A stretch of 64,000 nt of DNA from an uncultured Eubacteriales bacterium (GCA_902388735.1 CABMQL010000001.1:44064-108063); one strand, 5' to 3'. Counted from the stretch's first letter, positions 1 through 10,369 are shown. The notes: generated by a model from the sequence alone, not told the origin. A program made the numbers and translations.

Positions 1-122
1 AGCTTGATCACGTTGGCATAGCTTTTGCCCACCAGGGCCAGGTCACCCAAACGGACGCCGGAGGCCCGGACGGTGACTACATTGCCCACGATGGATTCGA
101 TTTTCGTGTAAACTTTCTGCAT
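1..122 (-). CDS. ntpB: V-type ATP synthase subunit B, N-terminal fragment (gene continues beyond the window edge)
   Basis: Minus-strand translation from the ATG at 122..120 gives [39 protein letters not shown]..., typical of V-ATPase B. An SD (GAGGAGGG) precedes it, and it directly follows the subunit A gene. Confidence 0.75.
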   Translation of the reverse strand, partial: MQKVYTKIESIVGNVVTVRASGVRLGDLALVGKSYANVIK

Positions 123-135
123 ATTGCTTCCCTCC

Positions 136-1863
136 TCAGCCCTGGACCTTGCTCAGGTAAAAGTCCTTCAGCTTCTTTTCCTGGGCTTCGAACTCCGGCG
201 TGCGGAACTGGGTGTTGTGCCAGTCCAGGAACTCCTGCCGGACCTGATTGAAGAAGGCACGGATCTCTTTCTTGTCCTCCAGGACGAAGTCCCGGGTCAG
301 CACATCGTAGAGCACATCAAACTCGTACACCTGGCGATCGGGATCACAGGCGGCGTCGATGGGGTCGAAGGAGTTCTGCTGCAAATAGACTGCGTCCAGC
401 AGCTCGCCCTTTTGATAAACGATGTAGTCCTCGGCGGAGGTGCCCTCCTCACCGATGACCTTCATCATCTGGTTGATCTCGTTGCTGCGCTTGAGGATGG
501 ACCGGGCCTGTTCTACCCGATCCATGTCCACCACGCCCTTGTACTTGGACCAGGAATCGATGGGGTGGATGGCGGGGTATTTGCGGGCATCGGACCGCTC
601 GCGGGACAGGCCGTGGAACGCGCCTACCACCTTCAGCGTGGCCTGGGTCACGGGCTCCTCAAAGTTACCGCCGGCAGGGGAGACGGTGCCGCCGATGGTC
701 ACGGAGGCGATCTCGCCGCTCTTGAGGCGGACCTTGCCGGCCCGCTCGTAGAAGGAGGCGATGACGGACTCCAAATAGGCGGGGAAGGCTTCCTCGCCGG
801 GGATCTCCTCCAGACGGCCGCTCATTTCGCGCATAGCCTGGGCCCAGCGGCTGGTGGAGTCTGCCAGCAGCAGCACGTCCAGGCCCATCTGCCGGTAATA
901 TTCCGCCATGGTCACGGCGGTGTAAACCGATGCCTCACGGGCTGCCACGGGCATGGAGGAGGTGTTGCAGATAATAATGGTGCGCTCCATGAGGGAGCGG
1001 CCGGTGCGGGGATCGATCAGCTCCGGGAACTCCGTCAGCACCTCCACCACCTCGCCGGCGCGCTCGCCGCAGGCGGCCACGATGACGATGTCCACGTCGG
1101 CGTTCTTGGCCTCCATGTGCTGCAGCACGGTCTTGCCGGCGCCGAAGGGGCCGGGCACGCAGAAGGTGCCGCCCTTGGCCACGGGCAGGAAGGTGTCGAT
1201 GGAGCGGATCTTGGTCACCAGGGTCTCATCGGGGCGCAGACGCTCCTCATAGCAGCGGATGGGCTGCTTTACGGGCCAGGAGAAGACCATGGTCAGCTCC
1301 CGCTGCTCGCCCTTTTCGTTTTCCAGCACCGCCATGGTGTCCCGCACGTTGTATACGCCCTTTTCCCGGACGGATTTGACCGTCCATTCGTCCGTCAGGT
1401 CAAAGGGAACCATGATCAGATGCGTGAACAGACCCTCCGGCACGCTGCCGATGGCATCGCCTGCGGTGACCACATCACCGGGGGCGACCCGAGGGGTAAA
1501 CTCCCAGTCCCGGTCGGGGATGGGATCCAGGTACACGCCGCGCTCCAGGAAGAAGCCGCATTTTTCCGCCAGCTTGGGCAGGGGATTCTGCAGGCCATCG
1601 AACACCTGGGTCAGCAGGCCCGGCCCCAGCTCCACGCTCATGAGCTGGCCGGAGAGCTCTACCTTGTCGCCCACCTGGATGCCGTTTGTCATTTCATAGA
1701 TCTGCATGCTGGCCGTGTCGCCGTTTATGCGGATGACCTCGCCCTTGAGCCGCTCGTCACCCACCAGGACATAGCCCACTTCATTTTTTCGCACGGAGCC
1801 GGAGAAGCTGGCCGATACCAGGTTTCCGTTCACTCCGGTCACAAATCCTGTTACTTTGTCCAT
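136..1863 (-). CDS. ntpA: V-type ATP synthase catalytic subunit A
   Basis: 575-aa ORF with clear A-subunit similarity, including the P-loop GPFGAGKT. An SD (AGGAGA) lies upstream. Confidence 0.93.
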   Translation of the reverse strand: MDKVTGFVTGVNGNLVSASFSGSVRKNEVGYVLVGDERLKGEVIRINGDTASMQIYEMTNGIQVGDKVELSGQLMSVELGPGLLTQVFDGLQNPLPKLAEKCGFFLERGVYLDPIPDRDWEFTPRVAPGDVVTAGDAIGSVPEGLFTHLIMVPFDLTDEWTVKSVREKGVYNVRDTMAVLENEKGEQRELTMVFSWPVKQPIRCYEERLRPDETLVTKIRSIDTFLPVAKGGTFCVPGPFGAGKTVLQHMEAKNADVDIVIVAACGERAGEVVEVLTEFPELIDPRTGRSLMERTIIICNTSSMPVAAREASVYTAVTMAEYYRQMGLDVLLLADSTSRWAQAMREMSGRLEEIPGEEAFPAYLESVIASFYERAGKVRLKSGEIASVTIGGTVSPAGGNFEEPVTQATLKVVGAFHGLSRERSDARKYPAIHPIDSWSKYKGVVDMDRVEQARSILKRSNEINQMMKVIGEEGTSAEDYIVYQKGELLDAVYLQQNSFDPIDAACDPDRQVYEFDVLYDVLTRDFVLEDKKEIRAFFNQVRQEFLDWHNTQFRTPEFEAQEKKLKDFYLSKVQG

Positions 1864-1881
1864 ATTGATTCTCCTGTTTTG

Positions 1882-2403
1882 TTATAGGCTGGAAATCTGC
1901 TGCCGGATGTTGTCCATCAGCCCGTCAAAGGCCCGCTTGCCCCGGTCATACCGGAAGGTGCGCTGGCGCTCCAGAAGCTGCAGCTTCATGGCGTAGCCAT
2001 AAAGGGCATGCTCGTCAAAATTGTGCAGGCCGATCATGTCATCCAGGCGGCGAAATTCCAGGTCCAGTAATAGACGCTCACCCTCCAGGGGGGTTTCCGC
2101 ATTTACTGCCGCCGTCACCGCCTGCACAATGCCAGCGTCCCGATCAGAGGGGACGGGGCAGGGCCGGCCCAGCTTCACACTGCGCTGATAAGTCAGCTCC
2201 CGGGAGAGAGCCCGGTAGAATTCCCCCCAGCTGGAAAGCAGCGGCCCTTTGTCAGAGCGTACCGTCAGCTCCTCCAGGGTCTTATACACCCCTTCGTTCA
2301 CCGCGGACCTGCATTGAGAGAGGAACGCGGCATAGTCCATGGGCGGCTCACCCTGGGTGCGGAGCATGGGCAGACTGGAGATGAGATAATAGTAGGAAGC
2401 CAT
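1882..2403 (-). CDS. DUF2764-like protein of Bacteroidetes-type V-ATPase operons (role unknown, possibly C/F substitute)
   Basis: 173 aa, N-terminus MASYYYLISSLPML. It sits between the E and A genes, as in Bacteroides/Porphyromonas V-ATPase operons. A strong SD (AAGGAGG) precedes it. Confidence 0.6.
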   Translation of the reverse strand: MASYYYLISSLPMLRTQGEPPMDYAAFLSQCRSAVNEGVYKTLEELTVRSDKGPLLSSWGEFYRALSRELTYQRSVKLGRPCPVPSDRDAGIVQAVTAAVNAETPLEGERLLLDLEFRRLDDMIGLHNFDEHALYGYAMKLQLLERQRTFRYDRGKRAFDGLMDNIRQQISSL

Positions 2404-2414
2404 GCGGCACCTCC

Positions 2415-2975
2415 TTACAGGCGAGTATCCCGGAAGAAGGGCATGAGCATTTCCGCGATCTCCTCATCGGAGCAGTCGAAATAACCGGAGCCGTCCTTGG
2501 CAGCCAGGCGGAAGCCGGCGTCCACCTTCTTGGAGGGGCGGATCTCCAGGCCGTTTTTCAGCTCCTGGGCAAGCTCCTGACGGATGGCGTCCGTCACCTG
2601 GCCTACCTCCACCGTGTAGGCGGATACGTCCTCACCCTGCAAAGCGGCGCGGATGAGGGTGGCCAGTGTCTGCTGATCCAGTGCCTTGCACACATCGGCA
2701 GCCAGGATCTTCTCGAATTCCTTTTGGATCTCCTGGCGGAAAGCCAGCACGGCGTCGCGCTTGGCCTGCTCGGCACTGAGACGGGCGCTGTTTTTGAACA
2801 CGTCGATCTCAGCGTTTGCATCCTGGCGCAGCTTTTCAGCCTCGGCCTTTGCCTGGGCGATGATGGAATTCGCTTGCTCCTTGGCCTGGGCTACAATAGC
2901 GGCAGCTTCCTTATTGGCGCTGTCGATGCCATCCTTTTTGATGGATGAAACGAGGTCCTGAATTTGAAGTTCCAT
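2415..2975 (-). CDS. ntpE: V-type ATP synthase subunit E
   Basis: Ala/Glu/Lys-rich coiled-coil protein typical of subunit E. The start is placed at the second in-frame ATG (MELQIQ...) because it follows SD AAGGTG; the upstream ATG at 3008 has no SD. Confidence 0.8.
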   Translation of the reverse strand: MELQIQDLVSSIKKDGIDSANKEAAAIVAQAKEQANSIIAQAKAEAEKLRQDANAEIDVFKNSARLSAEQAKRDAVLAFRQEIQKEFEKILAADVCKALDQQTLATLIRAALQGEDVSAYTVEVGQVTDAIRQELAQELKNGLEIRPSKKVDAGFRLAAKDGSGYFDCSDEEIAEMLMPFFRDTRL

Positions 2976-3103
2976 TGTGATCACCTTCTTGATTATGTTT
3001 TTGTGCATGTGCCTGTATTATAAGACTATTGTGCGCAGGTTGCAAGTGTTTTTGACGCGTGAGTCATTAAAAATGCTAATGAAAAGAGCGTATAGAGATA
3101 TAG

Positions 3104-3142
3104 ATAAACCACCGATTCCCGTGAGAGAATCGGTGGTTTGTA
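3104..3142 (-). terminator. Intrinsic terminator hairpin after the TRAP permease gene
   Basis: Arms ccaccgatt / aatcggtgg (9 bp) located just downstream of the minus-strand stop at 3163. Confidence 0.45.
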
Positions 3143-3162
3143 TAGAAAGGAGAAAAGTGTCT

Positions 3163-5214
3163 TTATGCCGCGGATGCGGTTTGCTTTTTGCTGGAGATGT
3201 ACTGGAACACGACAATGGCGCCCACCACAGCGAGACCGATCAGGTCAGAGGCCAGGCCGGGGATCATCATGCCCAGACCGCCTGCCACAAGGGCGAGACG
3301 CAGCACCATGGGGATCTTGCGGAACAGATGGCCGTTGAGAGCCGCTGCAATGCCGAACAGGCCCAGCAGAGCGGTGATGGAAATGAGCAGCACGTCATAC
3401 CATTCCACATTGCCGACAAAGAGCATGCTGGAGTTATAGGCGAATATGTATGGCACGATAAAGGCGGCTATAGCCAGCTTTGTGGCATTGATACCGGTCT
3501 TCATGGGGTTGGACTTGGCAATGGCGGAGCCGGCATAGGCAGCCAGGGCCACGGGGGGCGTGATGTCCGCCACGATGCCGAAGTAGAACACAAAGAAATG
3601 GGCGGCGACAACGGGGAAGCCCAACTGGATCAGGATGGGGGCGCAGGTGGAAGCCATGATGCAGTAGTTGGCGGTGGTAGGCACACCCATGCCCAGCACG
3701 ATGCAGCACACCATGGTCAGAACCAGGCCGATGATGGTGGCATTGCCGGCCAGAGATACGATGGCGTTGATGAGGATGGAGGCAAGACCCGTTACGGTGA
3801 TGCATCCGGCGATCATACCGGCCATGGCGCAGGCCACAGCCACGGTGATGGCGCCCTTGGCACCGGCGGCGAGAGCATCAACGGCGGACAGAAGGGAGGT
3901 CTTCACAGTCTCCCACAGGATCTTGCCAAAGCTTTGGCCCTTCATCCCCCGGATGTTGGTAGCCAGCAGATGGATGAACCCGATGACAAAGGAAGCCAGG
4001 ATGGAATAGGCGGCGGAGGTGGCCATGGTCTTTGCGCCGGAGGACACCAGCCATACCAGCAGGACCAGAGGCAGGATCAAATAAATGTTTCTGAGCAGAT
4101 AGCCCCACTTGGGCAGCTCCGTGCGGGGAATACCCTTCAGGCCCAGGCGCTTTGCCTCCAAATGGACGGCAATGAAAATGCCGGAGAAGTACAGAACAGC
4201 GGGGAGGATGGCCTTCACAGCTACCTGCGCATAGGGCAGATCCATGTATTCCGCCATCAGGAAGGCAGCGGCGCCCATGATGGGCGGCATGATCTGTCCG
4301 CCGGTGGAGGCGGCCGCTTCCACTGCACCGGCAAACTCAGGCTTGTAGCCGGTCTTCTTCATCATGGGGATGGTCACGGAGCCGGTGGTCACGGTGTTGC
4401 CCACGGAGGAACCGGACACCATGCCGCACAGGGCGGAGGAGATGACAGCCACCTTGGCGGGACCGCCGCTGGACCATCCGGCCACGCGGTTTGCAAAGTC
4501 AATGAAGAAGCTGGCGATGCCGGTGCGCTCCAGGAACGCGCCGAAGACGATGAACAGGACGATGTAAGTGAAGCACACATTGATGGGTGTGCCGATGACG
4601 CCGGAGGTGGTGTAGAACAGCTTATACACCACGTTCTTCAGGGCGTTATAGAAGCTGGGGTTGTAGCTGAGCTGGTTATAGAAGGTGTAGATCAGCAGAG
4701 CACCTACCACGCACAGAATGGGGATGCCCACGCAGCGGCGGCACAGCTCCACCAGCACCAAAATGCCGACGACGCCGATGACCACATGGATGGGCTCAAT
4801 GCGGGTGGCCAACTGGATAAGAGGCAGTGCATTGAAGGCAAAGTAGAAGAAGCAGCCTGCGCCCACCACCATCAGCACAATGTCGTACCAGGGCAGGGAG
4901 TTGACCTTCACATGGCCTTTCTTGGCCGGGTAGGTCAAAAAGCCCAGGATAATGATGCAGCCCACAAACAGGGTCAGGCGCACCTCGGGCAGAGCGGTGG
5001 AAAACAGGGTCATATACAGGCAGTACAGGGAGAAAATCGTCATGATCACCGTGATGATGATCTTGGGTACGCCCTCCCATATGCGGGTGGCGGACTCACG
5101 GTCATACTTGCGCATGACCTCGTCCAGATCGGTCTCCATATCGCTGCTGCTGTCAGCAGCGGGAGCGGTATCCACCGCGGGAGCCGTCTGGTCCTTTTTC
5201 TTAAAGATGCTCAA
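3163..5214 (-). CDS. TRAP transporter fused permease (DctQ-DctM fusion, TAXI-associated type)
   Basis: 683-aa polytopic membrane protein with TRAP 4TM/12TM fusion character. TTG start preceded by AAGGAGG at 9-nt spacing. Directly downstream of a TAXI solute-receptor gene. Confidence 0.85.
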   Translation of the reverse strand: MSIFKKKDQTAPAVDTAPAADSSSDMETDLDEVMRKYDRESATRIWEGVPKIIITVIMTIFSLYCLYMTLFSTALPEVRLTLFVGCIIILGFLTYPAKKGHVKVNSLPWYDIVLMVVGAGCFFYFAFNALPLIQLATRIEPIHVVIGVVGILVLVELCRRCVGIPILCVVGALLIYTFYNQLSYNPSFYNALKNVVYKLFYTTSGVIGTPINVCFTYIVLFIVFGAFLERTGIASFFIDFANRVAGWSSGGPAKVAVISSALCGMVSGSSVGNTVTTGSVTIPMMKKTGYKPEFAGAVEAAASTGGQIMPPIMGAAAFLMAEYMDLPYAQVAVKAILPAVLYFSGIFIAVHLEAKRLGLKGIPRTELPKWGYLLRNIYLILPLVLLVWLVSSGAKTMATSAAYSILASFVIGFIHLLATNIRGMKGQSFGKILWETVKTSLLSAVDALAAGAKGAITVAVACAMAGMIAGCITVTGLASILINAIVSLAGNATIIGLVLTMVCCIVLGMGVPTTANYCIMASTCAPILIQLGFPVVAAHFFVFYFGIVADITPPVALAAYAGSAIAKSNPMKTGINATKLAIAAFIVPYIFAYNSSMLFVGNVEWYDVLLISITALLGLFGIAAALNGHLFRKIPMVLRLALVAGGLGMMIPGLASDLIGLAVVGAIVVFQYISSKKQTASAA

Positions 5215-5248
5215 GGGGAGCGTCCTCCTTTTTTGTTATAGACAGTGA

Positions 5249-5278
5249 GGACTACGGCGGATAGGCTCCGCCGTAGTC
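5249..5278 (-). promoter_or_regulatory. Perfect 11-bp intercistronic hairpin between the TAXI receptor and permease genes (no T-tract; likely mRNA-stability or attenuation element)
   Basis: gactacggcgg-ataggct-ccgccgtagtc, read directly from the sequence. Confidence 0.4.
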
Positions 5279-5315
5279 ATTTCACTTGCGTTTCTCGTTA
5301 AGAATCCGAACAGAA

Positions 5316-6296
5316 TTACTTGCCGGCCACGGTGATGTTGTGCTCAGCGAAGTACTCCACAGCACCGGCATGATAGGGCACGGAGGTGATGGAGGAGGCA
5401 TACTCCAGGTTCAGCTCGCCGTACTTGGCGTGGCTGCTGACCAGGCTGGAGGCGTTATCAAAGATGTCGGCGCACAGAGCCTTGATGGCTTCGGCGGGCA
5501 CATCGTCACGGGCCAGGATCACAGCGCCCACGGCCACGGTGGTGGTGTCGGAATCCAGGCCGTACACATCAGCCTTGATGGTGCACTTGGAGTAGTAGGG
5601 GGAGGACTTGAGCAGAGCGTCAATGTGCTCATCATCCAGGGAAACCAGGGACACGGGCTTAGTGGTGGACAGGTCCACGATAGCGGTGGTGGGGGCACCG
5701 GCCACGATGAAGGCGGCGTCGATCTTGCCGTCCTTCAGAGCGTCAGCGCTGTCGCCGAAGGACTGGTAGGTGGCGTTGATCTTGGTGAACTTGCCGTCGG
5801 CATCCAGATCGCCGATGCCATAAGCGCTCAGGATATCCACGGCGTTGAAGTACACACCGGAACCGGCGGCGCCTACGGAGACGTTCTTGCCGGCCAGGTC
5901 AGCCACGGTCTTGATGCTGGGATCCACAGTGACGATCTGCACCTGCTCGGCATAGAGGGCAGCCACGGTGGAGAAGCAGTCGACCTTCTTGTCGAAGATG
6001 TTGGTGCCGTTGTAAGCGTAAGCCATAACGTCGGACTGGCAGAAGGCCAGCTCAGCGTTGCCGGCCTCCAGCTCCTCGACGTTGGACTTGGAGCCGTTGC
6101 CCACCAGGCCCACGACGTCGATGCCGGCGTTGTTGGTGGCGTGCTGGGCGATGACGCTGCCGAAAGCATAATAAGTACCGGATTCACCGCCGGTGACGAA
6201 GCGCATCTTGGTCTTGGCGCCGCCGCTCTTGCTGCCGCAGGCGAACAGGCTTAGGGACATGACCAGAGCCAAAAGCAGTGCGAAAAACTTTTTCAT
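5316..6296 (-). CDS. TAXI-family TRAP transporter solute receptor (lipoprotein)
   Basis: 326 aa. Lipoprotein signal (LSLFAC-GSK) and TAXI/Imp-like periplasmic binding fold. SD GGGAGA. Confidence 0.85.
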   Translation of the reverse strand: MKKFFALLLALVMSLSLFACGSKSGGAKTKMRFVTGGESGTYYAFGSVIAQHATNNAGIDVVGLVGNGSKSNVEELEAGNAELAFCQSDVMAYAYNGTNIFDKKVDCFSTVAALYAEQVQIVTVDPSIKTVADLAGKNVSVGAAGSGVYFNAVDILSAYGIGDLDADGKFTKINATYQSFGDSADALKDGKIDAAFIVAGAPTTAIVDLSTTKPVSLVSLDDEHIDALLKSSPYYSKCTIKADVYGLDSDTTTVAVGAVILARDDVPAEAIKALCADIFDNASSLVSSHAKYGELNLEYASSITSVPYHAGAVEYFAEHNITVAGK

Positions 6297-6727
6297 AGTA
6301 ATTCTCCCTTATATTTTTTTTTATCCTCTATCCGCATGGGGCGGATCACGCTGCAGCTATTGTATCGCACTTTCTTACGTTTTGCAAGTTATAATTGCAA
6401 TTTTATTATTTTTTTTCTTGTGGTGGTTTTGATCGAATGCGCTGTTTTTGGACTATATCTGTAATTATATTCAAGATAATTCGGAAAATCATAAAAATAT
6501 CACAGAATACTAAATATAAAAGTTCAAAAAATATATAAACTTTTTGCGAAAAATCTTTCATAAATTTGCAACCGAATGAAATGAATCTTGCAAAAAGCAG
6601 GCATTTATCGTTAAATGGAAGAATAATACGCTGCGGCAATTAAAATAAGGTATAAGTTTCTGCAGGAAACCCGGGGCTCAGACCGAGGGGCCTTGCCCGC
6701 GCGTGACCCGGGATGATGCATTTCCTC

Positions 6728-6756
6728 TTGACTTCCGGCAAAAGATACAGTAAAAT
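6728..6756 (+). promoter_or_regulatory. Sigma-A promoter of the valS leader (TTGACT-17-TAAAAT)
   Basis: Near-consensus hexamers with a 17-nt spacer, ~300 nt upstream of the valS ATG. Confidence 0.6.
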
Positions 6757-6764
6757 ACCGCTAT

Positions 6765-7040
6765 ATTCCAACAAACGATGAAGGAGAGCAGTACTCCCGC
6801 GCGGGATGCCAAGAGAGGAAGCGGCCGGTGTGAGCTTCCGTGACGGCGGGGAGGAAGTCGCTCCGGAGTTCTGCCGCCCAGCGAGAGCAAGCGGCAGCGG
6901 CCGGCCGCCGTTATCGGTTTTTGAGTGCGGAGGGTTCCCCCCTCCGAACACAGGTGGTACCACGGACTGTATTTATGGTTCGCCCTGTTTTGCTTTTGCG
7001 GCAAGACGGAGCGGACCTTTTGTTTTGCCGAATTTCGGAA
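6765..7040 (+). promoter_or_regulatory. T-box riboswitch leader upstream of valS
   Basis: Long GC-rich untranslated leader. Contains the T-box core caGGTGGTACCacgg at ~6953-6965, followed by hairpin/U-rich elements before the valS SD. Standard context for a tRNA synthetase in Firmicutes. Confidence 0.65.
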
Positions 7041-7054
7041 AAGGAGAGTTCACC

Positions 7055-9688
7055 ATGAGAAAAGAATTACCCAAGGTCTACGACCCCCGGGATGTGGAGC
7101 CCCGGATCTATCAGATGTGGATGGACGGCGGCTGCTTCAAGGCGGAGCCTAACCCGGACAAGAAGCCGTTTTCCATCGTTATGCCGCCCCCCAACGTCAC
7201 CGGCCAGCTGCACATGGGTCACGCCATGGACTCCACCCTGCAGGACATCCTCACCCGTTTCAAGCGGATGCAGGGGTATGAGGCCCTGTGGCTGCCCGGC
7301 ACCGACCACGCCGGCATCGCTACTCAGATCAAGGTGGAGGAGAACCTGCGCAAGGAGGAGGGCCTCACCCGCCACGACCTGGGCCGGGAGAAGTTCCTGG
7401 AGCGCGTGTGGGACTGGAAGGAGAAATACGGCAACCGCATCGTGCAGCAGCAGATGAAGATGGGCGCTTCCTGCGACTGGGACCGCAGCCGCTTCACCAT
7501 GGACGAGGGCTGCTCCAAGGCCGTGCGGGAGACCTTCTGCGAGCTGTATGACAAGGGCCTGATCTATAAGGGCAGCCGCATCATCAACTGGTGCCCCCAC
7601 TGCCTGACAGCCCTGTCCGACGCCGAGGTGGAGTACGCCGATAAGCCCGGTCACCTTTGGTATGTGCGTTATCCCCTTACCGACGGCAGCGGAGACATCG
7701 TAATTGCCACCACCCGGCCCGAGACTATGATGGGCGATACGGGCGTGGCTGTGAACCCGGAGGACGAGAAGTTCAAGCATCTCATCGGCAAGACCTGCAT
7801 CCTGCCCATTATGAACCGGGAGATCCCCATTGTGGGCGACGAATACTGCGAGATCGGCTTCGGCACCGGCGCCGTGAAGATGACTCCCGCCCATGATCCC
7901 AACGACTTCGAGGTGGGCCTGCGCCACAACCTGGAGGTCATCCGCGTTATCGCCGACGACGGCACTATCAACGAAAACGGCGGCCCCTACAACGGCATGG
8001 ACCGTTACGAGTGCCGCAAGGCCATTGTGAAGGACCTGGAGGAGCAGGGTTATCTCATTAAGTCCGAGCCCTACTCCCACAACGTGGGCACCTGCTACCG
8101 CTGCCACAACGATGTGGAGCCCTTGATCTCCGCCCAGTGGTTCGTGAAGATGGCGCCCCTGGCCAAGGAGGCCATCCGCGTGGTGGAGGACGGCACCATC
8201 AAGTTCGTGCCCGAGCGCTTTACCAAGACCTATATCAACTGGATGGAAAACGTCCATGACTGGTGCATTTCCCGCCAGCTTTGGTGGGGCCATCAGATCC
8301 CTGCCTGGTACTGCGATGACTGCGGTCACATCAATGTGAGCCGCCAGGATCCCACCAAGTGCGAGAAGTGCGGCAGCACCCACCTGACCCGGGACGAGGA
8401 CGTGCTGGACACCTGGTTCTCCTCGGCTCTGTGGCCGTTTTCCACCCTGGGCTGGCCCGATACGGAGTCGGCCGACCTGAAGTATTGGTACCCCACCTCC
8501 GTCATGGTCACCGGTTACGACATCATCTTCTTCTGGGTGGCCCGGATGATCTTCTCCGGCATGGAGCAGATGAAGAAGGAGCCCTTCAAGACCGTGTTCA
8601 TTCATGGCCTGGTCCGGGACGACAAAGGCCGCAAGATGTCCAAGTCTTTGGGCAACGGCATCGATCCCCTGGAGATGGCGGAGCAGTACGGCGCCGACGC
8701 CCTGCGCTTCAACCTCATCACCGGCAACAGCCCCGGCAACGATATGCGCTTCTATGTGGAAAAATGCGAGGCCATGCGGAACTTTGCCAATAAGATCTGG
8801 AACGCCTCCCGCTTTGTGATGATGAACCTGACCATCGACAAGGTGGAGCTGCCCGAGAAGCTGGAGCTGGAGGACAAGTGGATCCTCAGCAAGCTCAACA
8901 CCCTCATCCGGGAGGTCACGGACAATATGGACGCCTTTGAGCTGGGCGTGGCCTCTGCTAAGATCTATGACTTCATTTGGGACACCTATTGTGACTGGTA
9001 TATCGAGCTGACCAAGACCCGCCTCAACGGCGAGGATGAGGGCGCCAAGCTGGCGGCGGAGAATGTGCTGTGCTATGTGCTGCTGCGCATTCTGGAACTG
9101 CTGCATCCCTTCATGCCGTTCATTACGGAGGAGATCTGGCAGGCCCTGCCTCATGAGGGCGATTACCTGATCCGCGCCAAGTGGCCCGAGTACCATCCGG
9201 AGTTTGACTTCCGGGCGGAGGAGCAGGCCATGGAGGCGGTGAAGGACGCCATTTCCGCCGTCCGTGCCCGCCGGGCCGAGATGAACGTGCCGCCGAGCAA
9301 AAAGGCACAGATGATTATTGTCACAGACCATGCGGAAGACTATCGCCTGGGCGAGCACTTCATCAAGCGCATGGCTTATGCCAGCGAGCTCACCGTAACG
9401 GACGCGGCTCCCGCGGATCTTACGGGCCTGGTCACCGTGGTGACCCATGGCGCCAACGTTTATCTGCCCCTGGCGGAGCTGGTGGACTTTGAGAAGGAGC
9501 TGGAGCGCATCGCCAAGGAGCGGGCAAAGGCCGCTGAGAACCTGGCGCGCATTGAGCAGAAGCTCAGCAACGAGAAGTTCGTCTCCAAGGCACCCGAAGC
9601 GGTGGTGAACGCCGAGCGGGAAAAGGCGGAGAAAGCCCGGGCCCTCATTGCCAAGCTGGATGAATCCGCCGCTGCCATGAGAGGCTGA
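7055..9688 (+). CDS. valS: Valine--tRNA ligase
   Basis: 877 aa. HIGH (HMGH) and KMSKS motifs. Start [13 protein letters not shown] preceded by AAAAGGAGAG; the tool ORF's 5' extension is leader sequence. Confidence 0.95.
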   Translation: MRKELPKVYDPRDVEPRIYQMWMDGGCFKAEPNPDKKPFSIVMPPPNVTGQLHMGHAMDSTLQDILTRFKRMQGYEALWLPGTDHAGIATQIKVEENLRKEEGLTRHDLGREKFLERVWDWKEKYGNRIVQQQMKMGASCDWDRSRFTMDEGCSKAVRETFCELYDKGLIYKGSRIINWCPHCLTALSDAEVEYADKPGHLWYVRYPLTDGSGDIVIATTRPETMMGDTGVAVNPEDEKFKHLIGKTCILPIMNREIPIVGDEYCEIGFGTGAVKMTPAHDPNDFEVGLRHNLEVIRVIADDGTINENGGPYNGMDRYECRKAIVKDLEEQGYLIKSEPYSHNVGTCYRCHNDVEPLISAQWFVKMAPLAKEAIRVVEDGTIKFVPERFTKTYINWMENVHDWCISRQLWWGHQIPAWYCDDCGHINVSRQDPTKCEKCGSTHLTRDEDVLDTWFSSALWPFSTLGWPDTESADLKYWYPTSVMVTGYDIIFFWVARMIFSGMEQMKKEPFKTVFIHGLVRDDKGRKMSKSLGNGIDPLEMAEQYGADALRFNLITGNSPGNDMRFYVEKCEAMRNFANKIWNASRFVMMNLTIDKVELPEKLELEDKWILSKLNTLIREVTDNMDAFELGVASAKIYDFIWDTYCDWYIELTKTRLNGEDEGAKLAAENVLCYVLLRILELLHPFMPFITEEIWQALPHEGDYLIRAKWPEYHPEFDFRAEEQAMEAVKDAISAVRARRAEMNVPPSKKAQMIIVTDHAEDYRLGEHFIKRMAYASELTVTDAAPADLTGLVTVVTHGANVYLPLAELVDFEKELERIAKERAKAAENLARIEQKLSNEKFVSKAPEAVVNAEREKAEKARALIAKLDESAAAMRG

Positions 9689-9730
9689 GCGCCGGCGCAA
9701 ATCATAAGACAAGGTAATATGTAATAAGGA

Positions 9731-9762
9731 AAAGGCGGCACGAAATCGTGCCGCCCTTTCTT
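9731..9762 (+). terminator. valS intrinsic terminator
   Basis: ggcggcacg-aaat-cgtgccgcc followed by cTTTcTT. Confidence 0.7.
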
Positions 9763-9800
9763 GCTGTATAGTCTGCCGCAGGCTGTGGATAAGGAAAAAG

Positions 9801-9842
9801 AAAAATGGCCGGCACACAAGACTGTGCCGACCATTTTTCTGT
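9801..9842. terminator. Bidirectional terminator (A-tract, hairpin, T-tract) between valS and the small minus-strand membrane gene
   Basis: aaaaatgGCCGGCACAcaagacTGTGCCGaCCatttttct. Confidence 0.6.
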
Positions 9843-9878
9843 ATTGGATCTTGAGGAGAGAAAAGAAAGGTAACGTAT

Positions 9879-10103
9879 TTATGCCGCGCTGTGAGCGTTG
9901 CGGCGAGCGGCGTCTTCTTCATGACGCAACTCCAGCAGACCAGCCTTGCTGGCGGCCCAGGTGCCAATGGCGCCGAAAATCAGGGGCAGGTACATACCGG
10001 CCTCGCGGATGGGTGCGTCGGCAGCGGTCATCAGGAAAGCAGTGGCAACGACCAGGATCAGGGAAACGATAGCAGTCATAATATAAGCGTCCATGTTTTT
10101 CAT
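9879..10103 (-). CDS. Small membrane protein (74 aa, 2 predicted TM segments), function unknown
   Basis: Strong SD AGGAGG 9 nt before the ATG. Hydrophobic helices. Followed by its own terminator. Confidence 0.55.
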   Translation of the reverse strand: MKNMDAYIMTAIVSLILVVATAFLMTAADAPIREAGMYLPLIFGAIGTWAASKAGLLELRHEEDAARRNAHSAA

Positions 10104-10323
10104 AATAAATGCCTCCTAGAAAAATGGATCAACTTGAAACTTTTTCCTGTCTGTGACTGTATAGTAGGATTATTAACAAGAAAAGTAAAGCGTCAAAATA
10201 TTATAATAAATATTAGTATTACTTACAGCTAAAAACCATATAGCAAGGATCATAAAAAGCAGAGTTTTTTAACATCTGCAAGGTTCTTCGACAAAAAAAT
10301 ATCGGAGAAAAAAGTATAATCAT

Positions 10324-10352
10324 CGTAGGCTGATGCCTACGGTGATTTTTTT
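10324..10352 (+). promoter_or_regulatory. Hairpin plus T7 tract in the spoIIAA 5' leader (terminator/attenuator-like), ~18 nt before the start codon
   Basis: cgtaggc-tgat-gcctacg, then gtgaTTTTTTT. Confidence 0.35.
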
Positions 10353-10369
10353 ACGGGAAGTGATAAAAA

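Noticed and set aside
124-1887. 587-aa + strand ORF antisense to the V-ATPase A gene, plus similar long antisense ORFs: 2977..5241 (+), 7067..9967 (-), 14145..16361 (-), 20668..21588 (-), 22241..23773 (-), 26823..29549 (-), 37392..39644 (-), 48142..50541 (-)
   Set aside because: Gly/Ala/His/Arg-rich low-complexity translations with no SD. They lie opposite well-supported conserved genes and are the usual stop-codon-poor antisense frames of a high-GC genome.
6406-6639. 77-aa minus-strand ORF (and 6193..6432 +) in the AT-rich island
   Set aside because: Ile/Phe/Lys-rich translation typical of AT-rich non-coding DNA. No SD. Sits in a promoter/operator region.
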